A stretch of DNA of 36,743 bases from an uncultured virus (IMG/VR IMGVR_UViG_3300044730_000954) (Duplodnaviria > Heunggongvirae > Uroviricota > Caudoviricetes): the IMG/VR virus record IMGVR_UViG_3300044730_000954. One strand, given 5' to 3'. Position numbers and translations under genes: made by a program. The notes under the pieces are model-generated. The model ran no database searches. It saw nothing but the letters and a program-made list of their open reading frames with translations, and was not told where the DNA came from. This document shows, one piece after another, positions 34,078 through 36,743 of this stretch (positions within the stretch are counted from its first letter, which is position 1; the number at the start of each line of letters is the position of its first letter).

Positions 34078-34986
34078 CTATGTCAAGCCATACATTTTTT
34101 TAAAATTTATTCCAGTCATTTTTTCATATAGCTTAATATGTCTATATGTGCCTAGCCCAAACATTCCTTCTTCTATACCACACAAAACACGCTTTTGTTT
34201 GTCTTTTGATATATCTTCAAGTTCTTTCCAAGAAACTTTTCTTATATTTCTATCTTTCCATATTTTACTATAACCTTCACGAGAGTAAAAATGATACAGA
34301 ATATTTACTGAAGGGGAGTAAATGTCCCACCCTCTTGTCCACGCTCTTACAGCAAAACAAATTTCTTCACCAAAAAAACTAATCTCTGGATCATAAGGAA
34401 TTTCATTTACTATAGAGCCATCTGCAAAAACAAATCCAGCTAATATAGTAGTTGACAGCTCTGGGAATTTTTTTTGTTTATCACTAAACTCTATACGCTC
34501 TGCAGTCCATTGGCTTTTTTTTGTTAACTTTGGTATTTGTTTGGTAGGGTATGGAGGTTGGGTCTTAGAGTTTTTTATTATGTATGTTTGGTTATTGCTT
34601 TCAACACGAAACGGTGGGGGAAAGGCTGAAATGATTATTTTATTATTATTAGAAATATTTTTTGCTTTATTTAATTGATCTATACAAAGTACATCCCAAT
34701 TTTTTTCAAACATTGTGTGAGAATCTATTTGTAAGAAATAATCTTCATTATTATATAAAGTCATAGCATGTGCTCTAGCAAATCCAGCGCCCCTTGCAAA
34801 CTTAGGGTGAATTTTGATTAATGATAGATTAGGCACCCAAGATAAATCTGGTTCAAATTTTTCTATTTCTTGTAACACAACTCCAAAAAATAAATGCTCT
34901 GGATGTGCAGCATTTTCAATAGCAGATTTAATTGTTCTATTTAATTCAGGATCTCTGTAACTTGCTATTGATATAAAAATACTCAT
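34078..34986 (-). CDS. GT60/GlcNAc-family glycosyltransferase (Skp1-hydroxyproline GlcNAc-transferase-like)
   Basis: IFISIASYRDPE, YFLQIDSH, AGFVFA, IPYDP..FFGEEI...RAWTRGWDIY.P and H.Y.R. Confidence 0.9.
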   Translation of the reverse strand: MSIFISIASYRDPELNRTIKSAIENAAHPEHLFFGVVLQEIEKFEPDLSWVPNLSLIKIHPKFARGAGFARAHAMTLYNNEDYFLQIDSHTMFEKNWDVLCIDQLNKAKNISNNNKIIISAFPPPFRVESNNQTYIIKNSKTQPPYPTKQIPKLTKKSQWTAERIEFSDKQKKFPELSTTILAGFVFADGSIVNEIPYDPEISFFGEEICFAVRAWTRGWDIYSPSVNILYHFYSREGYSKIWKDRNIRKVSWKELEDISKDKQKRVLCGIEEGMFGLGTYRHIKLYEKMTGINFKKMYGLT

Positions 34987-35462
34987 CTGTTTTCGTGTGT
35001 TACCCAGTAATATTTGCATGTTGAACAGCAAGGTTGATTATATATACTATGTTTGGCATAGCCAAACTTTGCATAATACATAGGATCTTTGTCAAATAAA
35101 CTTGCTTTATGTGTAGTAATTACACGCATTAATTTATTTGTATCATTCCAGAATGACGGTGGCTGTTCTCCCCATTGTTCCCAGCATTGATCTTTTAACC
35201 TATTAAGATTTGCCTCGTTGTTTTCTGTACGAATACCACGTTTACGAGCTTCACGAACCATTGCTTGGACATATTGCCACAAACCACGTTCATAACCTTT
35301 CCACATTAGGACTGCTGGATGATTGCGCCATCCTCCAGTTGGAGACTTGCCAGATAGTACATTAAGAATTTGATAACACTCTAATATTTGTTTGTTTAAG
35401 CGCTTGCTGTCAAGCCATTTTGCTGTGGTGACTGGATTTGCTGATGGTAAAAATGTTTGCAT
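34983..35462 (-). CDS. Pyrimidine-dimer DNA glycosylase/endonuclease V-like (MSMEG_6728 family)
   Basis: MQTFLP...LDSKRLNKQILE.YQIL...GWRNHPAVLMWKGYE...H.ASL.KDP.YY. Confidence 0.88.
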   Translation of the reverse strand: MQTFLPSANPVTTAKWLDSKRLNKQILECYQILNVLSGKSPTGGWRNHPAVLMWKGYERGLWQYVQAMVREARKRGIRTENNEANLNRLKDQCWEQWGEQPPSFWNDTNKLMRVITTHKASLFDKDPMYYAKFGYAKHSIYNQPCCSTCKYYWVTHENR

Positions 35463-35692
35463 TATCGTAATGGCTCCCTAGTAACTAACACAATAGCACC
35501 CTCCATTTCTAATGCTTTCTTTACCATGCTTACATATTTTACTGCTTCTAACTTTTGATCATGTGTCATACGAACAAAAGACTTCTCATCTAATTTTATC
35601 GTAATGAATGAGTCATTGTCAATAAGAGTTACCCCAAAATTTTTAGGGGCAGATATGGAATGAAATGCCATACGCATTTTATCTGTATACAT
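35462..35692 (-). CDS. Hypothetical protein
   Basis: Start MYTDK overlaps the WhiB stop codon. Confidence 0.7.
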   Translation of the reverse strand: MYTDKMRMAFHSISAPKNFGVTLIDNDSFITIKLDEKSFVRMTHDQKLEAVKYVSMVKKALEMEGAIVLVTREPLR

Positions 35693-35976
35693 TATTGCTC
35701 CATAGTTAATGCTTGCCATGTATAAAACCAGTCTTTTTTAGTCTTATGGCTGTTAAATTCTTTAGATATTTCTCCACTTTCTAGATATATACCGCCCCAT
35801 ATACCCCATTCTTTTCCAGAAACCCCTACTGCAAAACATTTTTTAGCTACTGGACAGGTACGACAAAGAGAATCAACAAACTCTCTAGTTTCTGTTTTTT
35901 CTTCATATATATCAAAAAATAAATTTGTATCAGAATTTAGACAAAGTGCTTCATCTTTCCATAGATGTTGCTTCAT
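35692..35976 (-). CDS. whiB: WhiB-family transcriptional regulator
   Basis: W...ALC...D.NLFF...C..CPV...C...EWGIWGG. Confidence 0.93.
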   Translation of the reverse strand: MKQHLWKDEALCLNSDTNLFFDIYEEKTETREFVDSLCRTCPVAKKCFAVGVSGKEWGIWGGIYLESGEISKEFNSHKTKKDWFYTWQALTMEQ

Positions 35977-35978
35977 AT

Positions 35979-36188
35979 TTACCTTTTATATTTATTCGGT
36001 ATGTCCCACCCTTGGCGAGTTACAGGATAAACTCTTTGAAGATACCAAAGTCCATTGACTCTTACGCCATCAAGCGAAGTTCTAGCTCCATCAGATCTTT
36101 TGCGATCAACTACATCCCATCCAACCCAAGACAGGTTACTATTTTTGGAAACAATTTTTTCCATTTGTTCTAAATTTTTAATAATCAT
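35979..36188 (-). CDS. Hypothetical protein
   Basis: LSWVGWDV; part of the operon. Confidence 0.7.
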   Translation of the reverse strand: MIIKNLEQMEKIVSKNSNLSWVGWDVVDRKRSDGARTSLDGVRVNGLWYLQRVYPVTRQGWDIPNKYKR

Positions 36189-36195
36189 TTTACTC

Positions 36196-36546
36196 CTAGT
36201 ATCTAAAAATTCCTACTTCAATATTTTTTAATTCTGCTTCTGCTGCTAACTTTGAAATACTTTGCTTTGGCTTTGATAGAAAAGCAAAATAGTGCATATG
36301 TTCCATATTTTCATACACCCATTGGGATGGAACTCTGTAGTATTTAATCTTTTTACCACGAGCCTTCATACCACGTTCAGATAAGTTGCAGAATTCAGAA
36401 GTCATTGAATTAATTTTTGTTGGACCAACGGTATATATATTTAACTCTTCATCACCATTCTTCATTCCAGACATGGCTACGCCCATAGCACGAATAAATA
36501 CATTATAGTCATCAAAGTCATTAGTTCCCTGAACTACCACGTTCAT
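36196..36546 (-). CDS. Hypothetical protein, SLOG/DUF2493-like
   Basis: VVVQGTNDFDDY N-terminal motif. Confidence 0.55.
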   Translation of the reverse strand: MNVVVQGTNDFDDYNVFIRAMGVAMSGMKNGDEELNIYTVGPTKINSMTSEFCNLSERGMKARGKKIKYYRVPSQWVYENMEHMHYFAFLSKPKQSISKLAAEAELKNIEVGIFRY

Positions 36547-36742
36547 CTTTTTTCCCCCTACCTAAATTATCCAGTATAAAAAGCATTTTGTCAATATCTT
36601 CTTTTGACAAATTAGAAGTATCAATAGGTTTAGCAGTAGACATATCTGGATGATCATTAATAATATCTGCAATATAGAATATATTATTATCAACCCAATA
36701 TGCTTTATCTTCAGCCAAAATTATTTTGGCATTATTGTTATC
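36521..36742 (-). CDS. Hypothetical protein (5' end probably outside the window)
   Basis: Frame is open to the window edge; AYWVDNNIFY.A. Confidence 0.65.
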   Translation of the reverse strand, partial: DNNNAKIILAEDKAYWVDNNIFYIADIINDHPDMSTAKPIDTSNLSKEDIDKMLFILDNLGRGKKDERGSSGN

Positions 36743-36743
36743 T

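Noticed and set aside
484..36173. Short shadow ORFs (484, 2036, 3365, 6937, 9765, 10271, 11738, 13661, 13843, 16277, 16755, 19018, 19668, 19765, 20088, 20236, 20550, 21092, 21326, 21418, 23825, 24991, 26811, 27441, 31217, 33071, 34146, 35925)
   Set aside because: They are antisense or alternate-frame overlaps of better-supported genes or regulatory regions.
1..36743. Alternative genetic code or stop-codon reassignment
   Set aside because: Long genes translate intact with the standard bacterial code, all three stop codons are used, and no suppressor tRNA was seen.

Overview
The window is AT-rich, gene-dense DNA from a large tailed phage. The host is probably an actinobacterium, based on a WhiB gene, an MSMEG_6728-like glycosylase, AGAAAGGA ribosome-binding sites and many apparently leaderless genes. 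It has four parts. (1) 1-9071, minus strand: probable virion/fibre genes, including an FN3 protein with (PFSFT)15 repeats and a Cys-rich tail, followed by 2OG-Fe(II) oxygenases and Skp1-type hydroxyproline GlcNAc-transferase homologues. (2) About 10400-22330: a divergent, promoter-dense early-like region of small genes (gp88-like, DUF932, DUF1281-like, tRNA-Asp). Its intergenic spaces reuse the same motifs: CRP-like TGTGA-N6-TCACA, CCCGGG, AATGTCCGATTT and promoters with TGTCAG in the spacer. (3) About 22330-23750: a largely non-coding stretch with two promoter-driven small-RNA candidates, an AT-rich segment and a DnaA-box cluster. (4) 23970-36743: FkbM methyltransferases, a nucleotidyltransferase, SSB, a collagen-like protein, tRNA(CAU), a glycosyltransferase operon, and a convergent minus-strand block (holin-like, XapX-like, GT60-like, pyrimidine-dimer glycosylase, WhiB). 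Two signals stand out. One is a seven-copy H-type pseudoknot motif with covarying stems at gene and RNA 3' ends. The other is a small RNA carrying two hairpins with identical UCCCUUUCUG loops complementary to the phage's own early ribosome-binding sites. All product calls come from motif recognition by eye; no database searches were run.
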